This document shows, in pieces, positions 12,951 to 26,099 of a stretch of 64,000 nucleotides of DNA. The first letter of the stretch is position 1, and the number at the start of each line of letters is the position of its first letter. The DNA comes from Lama glama (lineage: Eukaryota): assembly GCA_028534125.1 (NCBI GenBank), contig CM052816.1, forward strand, positions 8,248,001 to 8,312,000. Direction: 5' to 3'. The notes beneath the pieces are model-generated. The model saw only the letters and a list, made by a program, of their open reading frames with translations. It searched no databases and had not been told where the DNA came from. The position numbers and the translations under genes are program-made.

Positions 12951-13758
12951 TGACTAGGGTGGCTGGGGTATGTGGAAAGTATGCTTGGAGCTTGGAGGAG
13001 GGAGGAGGGAGCGTCGATTTCTGCCCATGGGACACCAAGTCCTTGGATGTGTTAGTGACGTCCTGCTGCTCTTTCTATACCCAGCTCTCCTTGTTCCCCC
13101 GGGACAGGGACCGGCGAGGGTGGGAGTTTCACACTGGGGTGTGTGTCAGAGACACCTGGGGAGCCTCTGAAGTGTAGAAAAACAGCGTTGACCTGGAGAG
13201 ATCACAGCTGTGCCAGTTTAGAGATGTCCAGGTGTTTAGATGATTTGCCTCTAAAGGCTTTCAATGACGTGGGAAAGAACATTTTATTATGTAATATTTT
13301 TGCACAATTGCCATTTAGGCTTATTTAAGGCAGTTTTAACACACCAAACGCCATGACTGCCTCCTAACTCTGTCGGGATGTTTGGAAGCCCAGCCCCACC
13401 CTGTGGGTGTCCCTCTCTGGTCATTCCCGGATGGAGGGGGACGAGGGTGGCTGGAGACAGTCACTTCATCACCACAGCCTGATGCTAGAGCAAATCAAGC
13501 TTCTATAATGGCACTAGGGACAACCTTTAAAAACACATTATCGTGAAGACTTCCCTTGGGATCAGGTCAGCATTTTGAGTATGACTTTCTAACTGCATTC
13601 TTAGCCTGCCCCTGTGGATTCCAATTCCACAGGTTTCAAGTGGGTTGAAACATTCCCCATATTTGAGGCATGCTGTCCCAATGGTAAGAGTTAGGTGCTG
13701 GAATTTTGAGGAGACTCGTTGTGACCCCATCATTCTAGTCTCAGAACAGACAGGGACT

Positions 13759-14161
13759 AGCTACCATCTGTGGGATTATGACTGAACGCCTCTAAGTCAG
13801 AATCCCGCCCAGGCTGAACGATACGGCAGCGCCATGAGAGCCTCGGTTGGCCTCAGAAAGCCGGTCTCCATCCGTCCCCGCCGTAGGGCCCTCGCCCGCG
13901 TGCCCGCGCGGCGCAGCATGCCCGGCCACGTGTGGGGACCAGGGTCCGGTGCAGAGAGGCCTTCGTTCTGGGACACGGGGCGCGGCCGGAAAGGCGGCCG
14001 CCCTCTTGCCCATCGCGCACCGCACGTTTGTGGGGAACCTGGTGCTAAACCATTCGTAGATGACCTGCTTCTGAGTCAGGGTTTCGTAAATAGCAGAGCA
14101 GCTCCCTCGCTGCGATCTATTGAAAGTCAGCCCTCGACACAAGGGTTTGTTAAAAAAAAGA
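13759..14161 (+). pseudogene. Retrotransposed 3' fragment of 28S rRNA with A-rich tail and 16-bp target-site duplication
   Basis: AGCTACCATCTGTGGGATTATGACTGAACGCCTCTAAGTCAGAATCC ... GATCTATTGAAAGTCAGCCCTCGACACAAGGGTTTGT matches the 28S terminus; A-tail at 14152-14161; AGAACAGACAGGGACT at 13743-13758 and 14162-14177. Confidence 0.95.
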
Positions 14162-14229
14162 AGAACAGACAGGGACTGTGGAGACAAACTGGCTCTGTGC
14201 TTCTTCCCTGGAGTCCATTTGCTGGGCAA

Positions 14230-14395
14230 CCTTAGACAACTCACTCAACTTCTCTGAGCCTCAGTTTCATTGACAGTAAAGACATGATGATAATAGTATC
14301 AATCTCAGAGGATTGTTGTGCAGATCGAATGAGAGGCTGCATATAAAGTGCTTACACAGTGTTTGGCACATGGTCATTGCTGAATAAATCTTAAT
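14230..14395 (+). mobile_element. MIR SINE
   Basis: cttctctgagcctcagtttc ... gattgttgtg ... aaagtgcttacacagtgtttggcacat. Confidence 0.7.
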
Positions 14396-16274
14396 TTCTT
14401 TTTTTTTCCCCCAAACTGGATCTTATGGTTGAATGACAGGAAGCCACATGACATTTTGTTGGAGCATCAGTTTTACTCAGAATGATTTTAAGACAAATAT
14501 TTATATGTTAAACAGACAGAGAAATATTTGTAATAGAATGTAAAATTTGTATGCACTATTAACGTGGAATGTGACCCATTAAAGACATTTTGCCCCTGGG
14601 GTAATGGCTCTGGGTTGCATCCCTGAGGTCTGACATTACCCTCTGCTTTAGAGACATCAGAATGGGACCATGTGGAGTGCTGAATTTTAATTCACATGTG
14701 CCCCTTTTAAAAGAGATGAATCTGAGGCCCAGAAAAGAGAAAGGGCACATCCAGGTTATTAATGGCAGAACTGGGTCCCCGTTTCCTGCCTCAGTTTCCC
14801 CACATGTAAAATGTCTTGTCTGATGAAAGATGCTGGCTCAGCCAGGAGCTTCTACCCCTTTTTGGCAGGAGAGAGGAGCCCTGTGCCTCCCTTAGCTTCT
14901 CCAGGCCTCAGAGAGAGTTTCCAGAGAACTATTTTCTGGTGTTAATTCGTTAAGTCTTCTTACTAAGTGAGAATAGCAGCTGGCTGGTGGATTCTGACCT
15001 AACATTAAAGTTAATTAGAAATGTCATCCTCCAGGGAACATTTTCCCCTGAGCAAAGAAAGGGACATTAATATTTCAGAACACCTTAGGCTTAATACACA
15101 GGCCTCTCACCTTCTGAATGGCACAGGGCTCTACCAGGCCTCCTCCCCACTGCCCTACCTCCGCCTAGTCAGCCCCTTGAAAGTTTAATTTCCTCTCCGA
15201 CCCAAAGTGTTGTCTCAGAATCTGGGCAGAGACATTCTGAGAAGTATTAGTTAGGAATGCTGATCCCATTTCAGCTTTGGCATGGTGTGTGACCTAGAGA
15301 GAGTGTCTTAACCTCTCTGGGGCTTCAGCTTTCCCATCGATAGGGGAGCACTCTTGGTTGGGTGAACACTTGGTACGTGAGAAATGCCAGAAGTTGTTAC
15401 TGAGTAGCTGCTGAATGAATCTTTCGTATAGCAATGGGACTGCTGAGGGCAGGGGAGGGGCTCAGAACCAGAATGAATTTCTCCAGCTCTAAGGAGCACC
15501 ACAACCCCAGATCTTTGGTCCCAGGGAATGAAGCTAGGGAGATTCCTGGCCACTAGGCTTTGACTGTTGGCAAACTTGGTGTCCTGAGTGGCTGGAGGCC
15601 AAGTTAGGCACTGTCTCAGGCTGCATTAATAGTGGTATTGTGCCCAGAACTGAGGAGGGCATAAAGTGCTACCCTAGATCTGATATTCTGCAATATTCAA
15701 GTCTCACTAGGGATTGTGTGCTCACACTCACAGAAGCAGCTAAACAGCTCAAGTACCCCTGAAGAGTAGATGGCCAGCCTGAGTCAGATCCTGCAAACCA
15801 CATCCTGGAGGCCTTCAGCCCTGAGAAGAAAAGACTGGTAGCAGGGACAGCATAGAGCCTGGGGGAGCAGGTGCATGCTGCAGGGCCCTAGAAGGCAGAA
15901 AGGGGACCAGAACTATCACCAGGGGCTTTTAGGGGGAGATTTCAACTTGAAAGAAGGAGGTGAGTGCAAATGGCGTAAGCTGTCCAGCAGGCTGCAAGCC
16001 CCAAGGTTCCAACCAAGACTGAACCGTCACGTATCAGGCTGCTGGGAAGTGTCCCTGCCTGGGCCAGAGGGTAGAGGATGTCCTCGGGGAAAACTTCCAA
16101 TTCAGAGCCTTCCAGTGATAACAAGCAGAGTTCTAACTTTGGGGGTACCAGGCGCTGCTCTCAAGCTTTACATAATGCATCATTATTTACAGAAATGAGT
16201 TGATATAAAGGGCTTGGAACAGTAGCTCGTTCTGAGTAAGGACCATATGTGTGTTAGTTATTTTTATTGATTTA

Positions 16275-16455
16275 TTCTTAACTCCATCCTCAGAACCACT
16301 CTATGAGGTAAGTACTATTAGTAGCTCCATTATACATATGGGAAACTGAGGTCCCGGGCAGTACCTTGCCCCAGGGCACGCAGTTATTAAATAGCAGAAC
16401 CCGGATCCAAACTCGGGATCTGGCTCTAGAATCCATGCCCTTCACCACTTTGCCA
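16275..16455 (-). mobile_element. MIR SINE
   Basis: ctatgaggtaagtactatta ... gggaaactgagg ... tctggctctagaatccatgccctt. Confidence 0.7.
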
Positions 16456-18330
16456 GCCCCTCTGAGGTGGCAGAGAGAAGCAGCCCACAGGAGACAGGAC
16501 ATTAAGCACAGGCTCGTGGAATGTCAAGCTGGAAGGGCTCCTAACGTTGTGCAGAGCAGGCAAGGGAGGGGCACGGGCCCCATAGCCTGCCAGAAGCACG
16601 GGGATTCTCACTGGGTCGTCACCCTGATTCTGTGTTGGAGAGGCTGGAATGAGGTGTCTCCTGGTGGAGGTGGGTTTCTCCCCATCCTCAGTCTCTAGCA
16701 TCTATGAAGGAGGGCAGAGGTGACCAGGAGGTCAGGCTGTTGGGCTCCTAGGGACAGAGACCACCGGGCAACTTGGGCAGTTCCAGGGAACAGGGCAAAG
16801 CAGCAGCGCCAGACCCTGATCTGGTCCATCTCTTGTTCATTCATTCATGCCGCCTATGTCCCTGCCCCAGGCAAGGCCCCAGACCGACCCGGCAGAGCTC
16901 ATGGTCTAAGACAGACTCATTCCCAGCCCTGGTGATTCTTAGCGGAGCCAGGAGATAAAGAATTGGTGGCTCACTGCAGTGACTGGCTTTGAAAATGGTA
17001 ACTTCGATGACGTTACGTCTACCGAGCACCCACCGTGTGCCAAGAGCTGTGTGCCAAGAGCTATGCAGGGCACGGGGCCCTGCCCTGAGGGGCAGGTGGT
17101 GTGGGGGAGAGGGGGATGGGCTTGGGAGCTGCATGGTCTGCTGGGGAGGGGTGGTCCACTGGAGCAGACTCTTTAACCTGTTGCCTCCAGTGTGACTGGA
17201 GTTCACCTCTGACTCCGAGGTGAAAATCACATGAGATTGTGCCGAGAGGCTGTAAGATTTGCAGGTTGAGCACACAGCACCGAGCGTACACACTCAGTAA
17301 CAAATGCCTGTGGGGCCAGGCCTGCTGCAGGCTCCAGGGATCAGTGAGCCTCCACGGAGCTCGTATTTGAGCTGGGAAATAGACAAGGACAGAGGCCCAA
17401 CATGACAGGGAGCGTGTTGGATCTCCTGGGTCCTGTTGAAAAGGCCTTGGGCTGGAGCCACACACTGCACTCAAAATGTTATGTGTCCTTGGGCAAGTCA
17501 TAGCCCTTACCAGGCTTTTGTTTCTCCAGTAGTTTGATAAGGAGTCTGAGTCCCTGGTCTCCAAGGGTTCTTGCAGCCTGAGTGTCCTGTGATTCTGTGT
17601 CCTCTGGGCCTGGGGTGAGCTCCCTGGTGTGAGGTGAGACAGGCGGGCACTGGTCATTGGTGAGGAAAGGGTGGGGACTGGGCCTCCACCAGGGGTGGTC
17701 GCCCTCCCACGCTTCCAGCCTGAGATGGACAATGTGTCACCTATGTCCACCTACCTCACCTGAGGCTGCTCCAGCGCACCAGCTAGCTGACCAGGTTTGA
17801 GGATAAGCTTGAGCCTGGGGGAGCAGGGGAGGAGGGCCTGCCCCTGGGAAACCACGTGAGGCTTCTGATAGGACGGTCCCACTGGGGTCGGGACACTTGG
17901 CTTCAAATTCCCTCATCGCTGAGGCTGAATCTCCTCATGTGTCAGAGCAGGGGAAACTGGCCTTGCCTGCTCCCCACTCCCAGGGTGTCTGTGGGGAGCA
18001 GATGCAGTAACGCGTGTGGGAGGATGCAGGAAATGGCACTTACAATGTGGACCTACTACGTGCTAGGCACATCTCATCCCACGCTAATGACAAACCTGGG
18101 AGAAGGGCACTGTTATCTCCATCTGATGGACTAGGAGACAACCTTGTGGCCCACAGTTGCACAGCTCATGAGGACCTGGGCTGGGGTTTAGATAAAACCC
18201 TTCTGGTACTGAAGTCTGGGTTCTATTCCTAGCATGTTTGGCATTGAATGTATGAGAGGTGATGGTGTCCCCATTATACGGATGGGAAAACTGGGGCTCA
18301 GAACATCATTCACCTAATATGAAAGCTGAC

Positions 18331-18463
18331 AGGGGAGGGTACAGGGCATGCTTGGCTTGCATGAGGTCCTGGGTTCAACCCCCAGTACCTCCATTAAAAT
18401 AAATAAACCTGATTACCTCCCCCCACAACCCCCTAAATTATAAGGGTTTAAAGAAAAAGAAAA
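18331..18463 (+). mobile_element. tRNA-derived SINE, camelid Vic-1-like (internally deleted head)
   Basis: GGGGAGGGTA...CATGCTT...GAGGTCCTGGGTTCAACCCCCAGTACCTCCA (B-box), AAATAAACCTGATTACCTCCCC body, A-rich tail. Confidence 0.75.
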
Positions 18464-18936
18464 TATGTCTAATCCTGTGCCAGAAAGACAGCAGCTGTTT
18501 GTGGTGTGACAGTGGCAGACGGGGGAGGCCAGGGCTTAGCAACTGGGATTCATTATGCCTAGGAAGTTCTGGAAAGCTCAGTGCCTGATTCCTACAGGCA
18601 CCCAAATAGCGCAAAAACTCACCCAGACCTAAGGGATGAGTAAGTCCCAAGCCCTTCCTTAGTGGCCCCAGTTTGGGCAATGGGGGAGTCCCTGGTTTGT
18701 GGCTGTTGGTGACAATGACCACAGATGACCTTGCTAGGATTCAGGTGGCCAAGCAAGGTGATGGGGAAGCATGTTTTGGAGTCAAGACCTGAGTTCAAAT
18801 CAGCCTAGAGTCAGAATGTCCAGCATGCATGCTGTTGGGAGGCAGAGGCGCCAACTGCGGCACTGGCTCTGCCCTTTGTGGTTGAGGGCACTTGCGCACC
18901 GTTTCACCTTTCTGGGCCTCATTTCTTCTTCCATGA

Positions 18937-19179
<243 letters not shown>

Positions 19180-19761
19180 TGAGTCGGCTGGGCCCATTCT
19201 GCATGTCCTGCCTGGATTGTTGATCAGGGGTCACTGATGGCTAATTTGGGGGTCCTCATCTCTGACCCTCATTCACTCACTCTGCATGTGCTGTGAATCA
19301 GGCTGAACTCATATTTCTGGTTTGCATTCAGACTTTATGCTTTTATTAAGCTTTCAGCTCACACCACTTTATATCTCAGTCCTGCTCCTCCTCCTTCTCC
19401 TATCTTGTTCCCCAGGAGGAATGCCGACAAAACACTTTTGCTTCCCCAAGCATGAGCCTCCTCAGGAGATGAGCTGGGCAGGAGGGAGGCAGGCCCCTCC
19501 TCAGTCCTGCCTCATGGGCCTGAGTCCTCACCCTGGACCTCTTCAGTTCTCTGACCTCACATGGGCAGGAGTGGGCAGGAATCCATAGGGTGTGACCTCC
19601 AGTGAGCAGGGGTGAGCAAAAGAACCCCTAAGAGTAACCTTACATCCTCTGGAGGATAAGGCAGAGCGCACAAAAATAACATAAAATGAAACAGGTGGCA
19701 TGAGACATCCCTACACACCTGGACCAGCCTTGGAGGGGCGGCTGTATGCAAAGGCTTGGCT

Positions 19762-19781
19762 GGAGCGCCCCCTGGTGGTCA
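19762..19781 (-). promoter_or_regulatory. CTCF core motif (TGACCACCAGGGGGCGCTCC on -)
   Basis: Near-exact match to the CCAC(C/T)AG(A/G)(G/T)GGCGC consensus with the CpG retained. Confidence 0.75.
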
Positions 19782-21776
19782 CCATCACCCTTGCTGGTCT
19801 GGCCCCAAACCGGCCCTCAGCTGCTCCAAACAGGCCCTCAGCTGGCCCCAGGGTGATCTCGCTAGGATTCTGGGCTGAGGCCTCATCGTCTTGGCCAGAG
19901 CTGGCAAGGCCTGGGCCTGGAGACCCAACATGTACTTTCTGGCGGACAAAAGCTGCCAACTAAGGGCCTATTGGGATCAGATAAAGTGGGACTAACCTGG
20001 CCAGGCTTTGCTCTTTGGGCTTCCTGTTCCTGGTTTCCATTATGCCCAGGAGCTAAAATTTGTCTCCCAGAGGCTTGGCAGGCCAGGTGCATTCTAACTG
20101 TGGGAGGGTCTCAGCAGCAGCGGGTGGCAAAGCCCCAGCAATCGGATTATCTCTGGAGGAACAAGGACTTTGGAAGGTGCAGGTGTGAGACCGAGGCCGC
20201 ATGTACATGTAAGTGTGATGCACTTGGCCACACGTGCACGTTTGTGACTATGTGCACAAGGGGTGTGCGTGGGTGTGTGTGCACGTGTGCTCCTGGGGGT
20301 TGCATAAAAACATGGAAATGCGTTGTTGAACGGGTCTTGCATTCAGCCCTAGAAAGAGTTAAGTCAGCCATGGGAGATCCGGAAAGTGGGTCTGGAGGAC
20401 ACAGACAAGGCGGGAGGGATGAGAGATGGCTCCTCTGGACCCCAAGCCTCCCGCCTCTGTGATGTCACTTCCTCTGGCACCTGCAGCCTACTCTAGGTTC
20501 TGACCTTTTGCCCTGACCTCTGGGGCCTGTGGTACCCTGAGTCTGGCCCTGCTAAGCCTCTGCTTCCCAGCATGTGGTACGGAGTTGGAGCAGACGGTCT
20601 CTGAGTCCCTTCAGAGGCTGGGAAGCCCAGAGACTTCCTGGAGAGGGGTTCCGCTGGGGAAGTGGTTGGGGGTGCTTAGTCTCCCAGACAATCAGGACTA
20701 AGACCCCCAGCTTTGGATGATTCTGGAGCTGGAAGAGCCCCAAGCATCCATGTGGTCTGAGCACAACCCCCCGGCCCCTAGCTAATCCATCTGGAGAAAC
20801 TGAGGTCCTGAGTAGAGAAGCAAGTTGTTTGGAGTCACAAAGACCAGACAGCATAGAGCAAGGACGGAGCGCCCTGCACTCACCACGGAGTCCGGCTTAG
20901 ATGATGCTGGGCCTGGCACTCTCCTCCAGTATCTTCAGTCCCTCCCCAAGTCCGGATCTTTGCTTATCCTGGAGGACTTCCTGTCCGTGGCTTCACTGTT
21001 GTCATCACAGGGATCCATGTTGGGCCACAACAATCCCAGAGACCTGGGGGTGGAGGAGACAGTTTTTTCCTGCCTTAGTCTGGCTGTCAGGGCCTCCCAG
21101 AAAACAGACCTGGGAAGGAGCACTGAGCTGAAAATACACGGCAGAGGGCCTCCTCGGCCAGGCCCTGGGCTCCTTCCTCCCAGGCACTACTTCTTGGAGT
21201 GATGTTTTCCTCAACTTACAGAAGAGGGAACGATAGGAAGGCTGCTGCCAACAATAGGGCGCCTTTGTTTAACGTAGCAAAATGCTGTTCCTTCCAGGGA
21301 CACACCTGCTTGGTGAACAGAAGTTACTTTAAAGTGAAGGAAAAGGTGTCTCTGCCCTAGGAAGGCAAATTAGGAAAAGCCCCCTCTGGATGGATCTGCT
21401 GTCCTGAGCAGGGGATGCAATTTCGGGAGTGGTGTACAGGCTGAATTATCCCCGTTGGTGCCCTAGTGCAGTGCGCAACTGCACGACATTCACGTTGCTG
21501 TTGCTTAGAGAGGTTAAGCCACTTGTTGAGGGTCTCATAACCTGTAAGTGGCAGGGCCACGACCTGGCCCCAGGCTTCCCAGTTCTGAATGGCACTGGCC
21601 AGTCCGCTGTGCCCCATACGGTCACTGTACAAGCCCTTTCCCATCCGCCAACCTCAGTGACCCTGTGAGGTGGGTGCAGTCACTCTAATTTCACAGGCGC
21701 AGCCTCCTGGGGTCCAGGCCCCTGGAATTGGAGGAGGGGGGCTCCGAGAGGCCATCCCAGCCCCTCTCTCCTCTGA

Positions 21777-22082
<306 letters not shown>

Positions 22083-23450
22083 TGAGGATGGGGACCTGGG
22101 ATAAGTGTGACAAGCTCTCCCAGCCCTCTCCTGCCGATGACCCTGGGAGGGCCTAGGGGAGGCCTTTACTCCCACTCCACAGATCAGGGAGCCTTCCCAC
22201 CAGGGTGCACCCCCAAGTTACAGTCACCTTAATGCCTGTGGCCACCCCAGCTGCCCAGCTGGTTACAAACTGGCGTGTGGGTGGGCAGTCTGGGGAAGAG
22301 AGGACCAAGCTCACACTGCTGTGCCCTGCCTGTTTGTCTAGGTCTCTGTCCGCATGTCTGTCCTTCCCGGGTTTCTCCTTTGCAGGAGAGACCTTGGCAG
22401 CTTTGCAACCAGGGGCTGTCCGGGGGCTGAGGCTGCGCCTGACCTAGGGCACTTTCTGCCTGTGTCCGCATCTCACCTTGGCCAGGGGTCAGATAAGGAC
22501 AAACCAAAGCACATGCAGGTTAGACTCACGCAGCTCAGGACCCATAGGAAGGCCCTGGCGGTGGTCCAGGGTCCTCCAGAGGGAAGGCACGTATCACTGA
22601 GGCTACACTAGGTGATTTCTGGTGCTTTGGGGCACCAATGGAAAAAGCACTGGTTCACACAGTGAGAAAGTTGGTGCCTTTCTAAATTCTCCTCAATACA
22701 TCTGGCTCCTTCAAGAGGAAAGGCTCAGTTTGGTGCTAGTCTGTCTTAAACATCCAGTGCTTTATAATTCACCTTGTTACCAAAAAGAGAGCAGTCTCAG
22801 GCTCAGATCCCTTGCAGGCGAAAGCATGGAGCTCGGATTACATAACTTGATTTCATTTTCGCTGGACTTACTATTAAAATTGTATTCTGTGGGACTGGTT
22901 GTTCATTAATGATTGTGGTAGGAATTTTTCTTTTAAAATAAATTTTTATAAATTAATGAAGTGAATTGATTTAAGGAAATAGGTTCAGGAAGTAAGTACA
23001 GGTGGCACTCGTAGATGGTAAAAATATAGGTGGTACTTAAGCGACTGATGTTGGACCTAGTCCAACTCTACCATACAGAAGGGGAAACTGAGGTCCAGAG
23101 AGGGGAAGTGACTTGTCCAAAGGAACCCAGAAAGCGGGTGGTAGAACCCCATCCTGACTCCCTCCAGTGCCCCCTTCTTTCCCTTGCTCCCCTCTCACCT
23201 GGGCATTAACGTCCCCTAACTGGATACCCCTCTCCTGCCTACACGCGGTCTGACTGCATCTTAGTATAAGGGCTCAAGAGCACCCCCAAAATAGCTGTGA
23301 AGAAGGAAGCGGCATTTTCCTTTGACAAATCAAACTCTGATTTTCTAAGGCTAGCAATGCAGGTTGAATGTGAAGAGAGGTGGCTGGCCCCACTGTCCCC
23401 ATCACCCTGGAGCTCCCTAGCTGATCATGGTGGCCATCTCTATACTGGCC

Positions 23451-23469
23451 TGTCCTCTAGGGGGCGCTG
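23451..23469 (+). promoter_or_regulatory. CTCF core motif (TGTCCTCTAGGGGGCGCTG)
   Basis: Near-exact match to the consensus with the CpG retained. Confidence 0.7.
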
Positions 23470-25420
23470 GTTCCCCAGAGTGAACGCAATCCCCACAGAG
23501 CAGAGACCAAACAGAGCTGGCTCTAAAGGCTCCGGGATGGCAAAAGGGGAAAAACAGGGGACGCCGTGCCAGCCCGTGGCCTGTATTCAGGCAGCAGGCC
23601 CATCATAGCACCGGCCCCCTGCACTCTGGGCTTGGACGTCTAGTCACATCAAAGGACCCACGAGAGCAAGACCCAGCGTAACTGCATGCCCTCAGCCAAG
23701 TCCCACCCTCCTGTCAGCTTTTTCCAGCTGGAGGACCCTTCTCCCACCCTAGCCACGAAGGTGGATGTGGGAAGCCTACAGTCTGTTCAAAAGTTACCAC
23801 ATGAGGGTGGCCATCTCTCAGGACCCCAGCTCTTGCTGACAGTAGCAAGGCCCAGTGCCCTCAACAGCGCTAAGTTCTGTTTGTCCCTTTTGGGATTGTT
23901 CTAGATTGTCCTAATTCAGTCCCACCTGGAGACTGACTTCTTTTAGGTTCTACTGCATTTCTTTCAGAAACTGGCCCAGCTTTGGATAAGTCTGATTGCT
24001 TCTCTGGACCTCAGTTTCCAGGTCTGCTCAGGGATACAGTGAACCAGACGGTGTTGAGTGCCTCCAGCCCTGGATGCTGTCAAGGATGCTTATGGAGGCC
24101 TCCTTGCACTCTGTGGGAGGGCCCCTGGGTGACCTCTGAGGTCACTCCCAAGCCTATAAAGCAAAAGCTCTGCGCTCTCTCTGTCCAAGAGACCAGAATT
24201 GTAAAAGTCTGTTAGTCAACGTATTCAAGGCTAAGTGATTTTGAGTCATTTATCCAAGGCCTACGCATAGTTGACTGTAATATTTTGGAGTGGATATTAT
24301 TGGATGCTTTCTGTAGTCCAAAAAAAAAATAACAATTTTACGTTTTTCAGGAAATCATTGGCTTACAGACTTGGCTGGGCATCAGAACCAGAGGATGAGA
24401 AAGGGGAGGGAGCTTTTTAATATTATAGATTCTTGAACTGGCTTCACCAAGGGTGGGGCTGGGCAGTCTATATTTAATGTCAGCTCTCCATGGGGTTCAG
24501 ACCTACATTTGGGCTACTCTAAAGGGAGGCACGAGGGTTCCTCTGAAGCCCAAGACCCTGGTGACCCCTGTCCAGCCCCTCCCTAGGCTGTTGTCTTTCT
24601 ATGCTTTTGGTTTTTATCTTGCTGAAGAAACTGAGAGTTCCTAGAACCAAGGTGATGATGATGATGGTAGTAATAACAGCTCCTGTTTCACGTAGAGAGA
24701 GCTGGCTTCCAGTCCTTTTGTCGGTTCTCTCGTGGTTACAAGAGCCAAGCATTTCCCCTCTGGAAAGCTCCATGACCTCACCCCATGACCGCCAGCACCA
24801 TCCTTATAATTCCAAGCTTCTAAGATTCTACCATTTTAATATTCTCCAAGTTTCCATAATGCTATACGTTGAGAACAGAGGTGGCAAATGAGGGGCCCAC
24901 AAGCCACATCGGGACTACATGTATGTTTCGTGTGGTCTACATGATGCTTTAAATTTGAACTAGAGGCTAATAATTTAAAATGAGGCATTTACATGTAAAA
25001 ATCCAGATTTCTGGATTCTCTTGAAAAATCAGAAAGTGTGGCAACATGGGTCCCACTTATTCACATAGCAAATACCAGGGAAGCTGCGCACAGGGCACCT
25101 CTGTAGAAGGGACGTGGTGCCCTGTCTCCACCACTCCCTATTGCTCCCTGACCCAGAGACAAAAGGTCAGTTGTCATTTAGCATCTTAGACCCAGCTCAG
25201 CTCCCTTGCTTATGTACTCACCAGGCCTCTGTAGGGATCTGGGTTGAGACTCTGGTCTAAGTTCATCTGATTCTACGTTCATCTGTGTGTGTGGTGAGAT
25301 GCTGTGATTCTAAAATTCCATTTCCCTGTGTTTGAAGAATTCAGCTTGTCTTGCAGTCCACTGTAGCTAAGCTGGGATATGCTCTAGTCAACTACAGGTT
25401 CTGCCTTGACTCCCAGGTAG

Positions 25421-25804
<384 letters not shown>

Positions 25805-26095
25805 TAAGAGCCCCTCCTTCCTGCCACCTGTCATTTAGGACCATCTAAAAGAATGGGGTGGTGTCAGTCTGGAGGTGGTACACCTTGGGGAACCTGGCTG
25901 CTGGATGGCTGTGAGGTGGGGGTGGGAGGACCACAGTGGGGAGATCAGGCCTGCAGGTCTGGGAGCAGGGGCGGGGGGCGGTGCATGAGGTGGGTGGGAC
26001 CCACAGAAGGCAGCGTGAACTCCCTCTAAGGAGGTGCGGGAGGGTGGTTGCTCAAGGAAGCACCACATCACCACTGCACATACCATGTCTTACAG

Positions 26096-26099
26096 CTGA
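26096..26099 (+). CDS. CAMK2A: CaMKII alpha last exon coding part: completes the His codon (CA|C) and supplies the TGA stop
   Basis: ttacag|CTGAAGGACCAGG; gives the known C-terminus ...SVLPH*; in-window coding exons without the 33-nt exon sum to 923 nt, consistent with a 478-aa protein if exons 1-7 supply 514 nt. Confidence 0.9.

Noticed and set aside
13759..14150. Functional rRNA gene
   Set aside because: Only the 3'-terminal ~390 nt are present, with an A-tail, a TSD and CpG-decay substitutions; it is a retrocopy.
13792..14244. Arg/Pro/Ala-rich ORFs on both strands
   Set aside because: They coincide with the GC-rich rRNA retrocopy and are not protein-coding.
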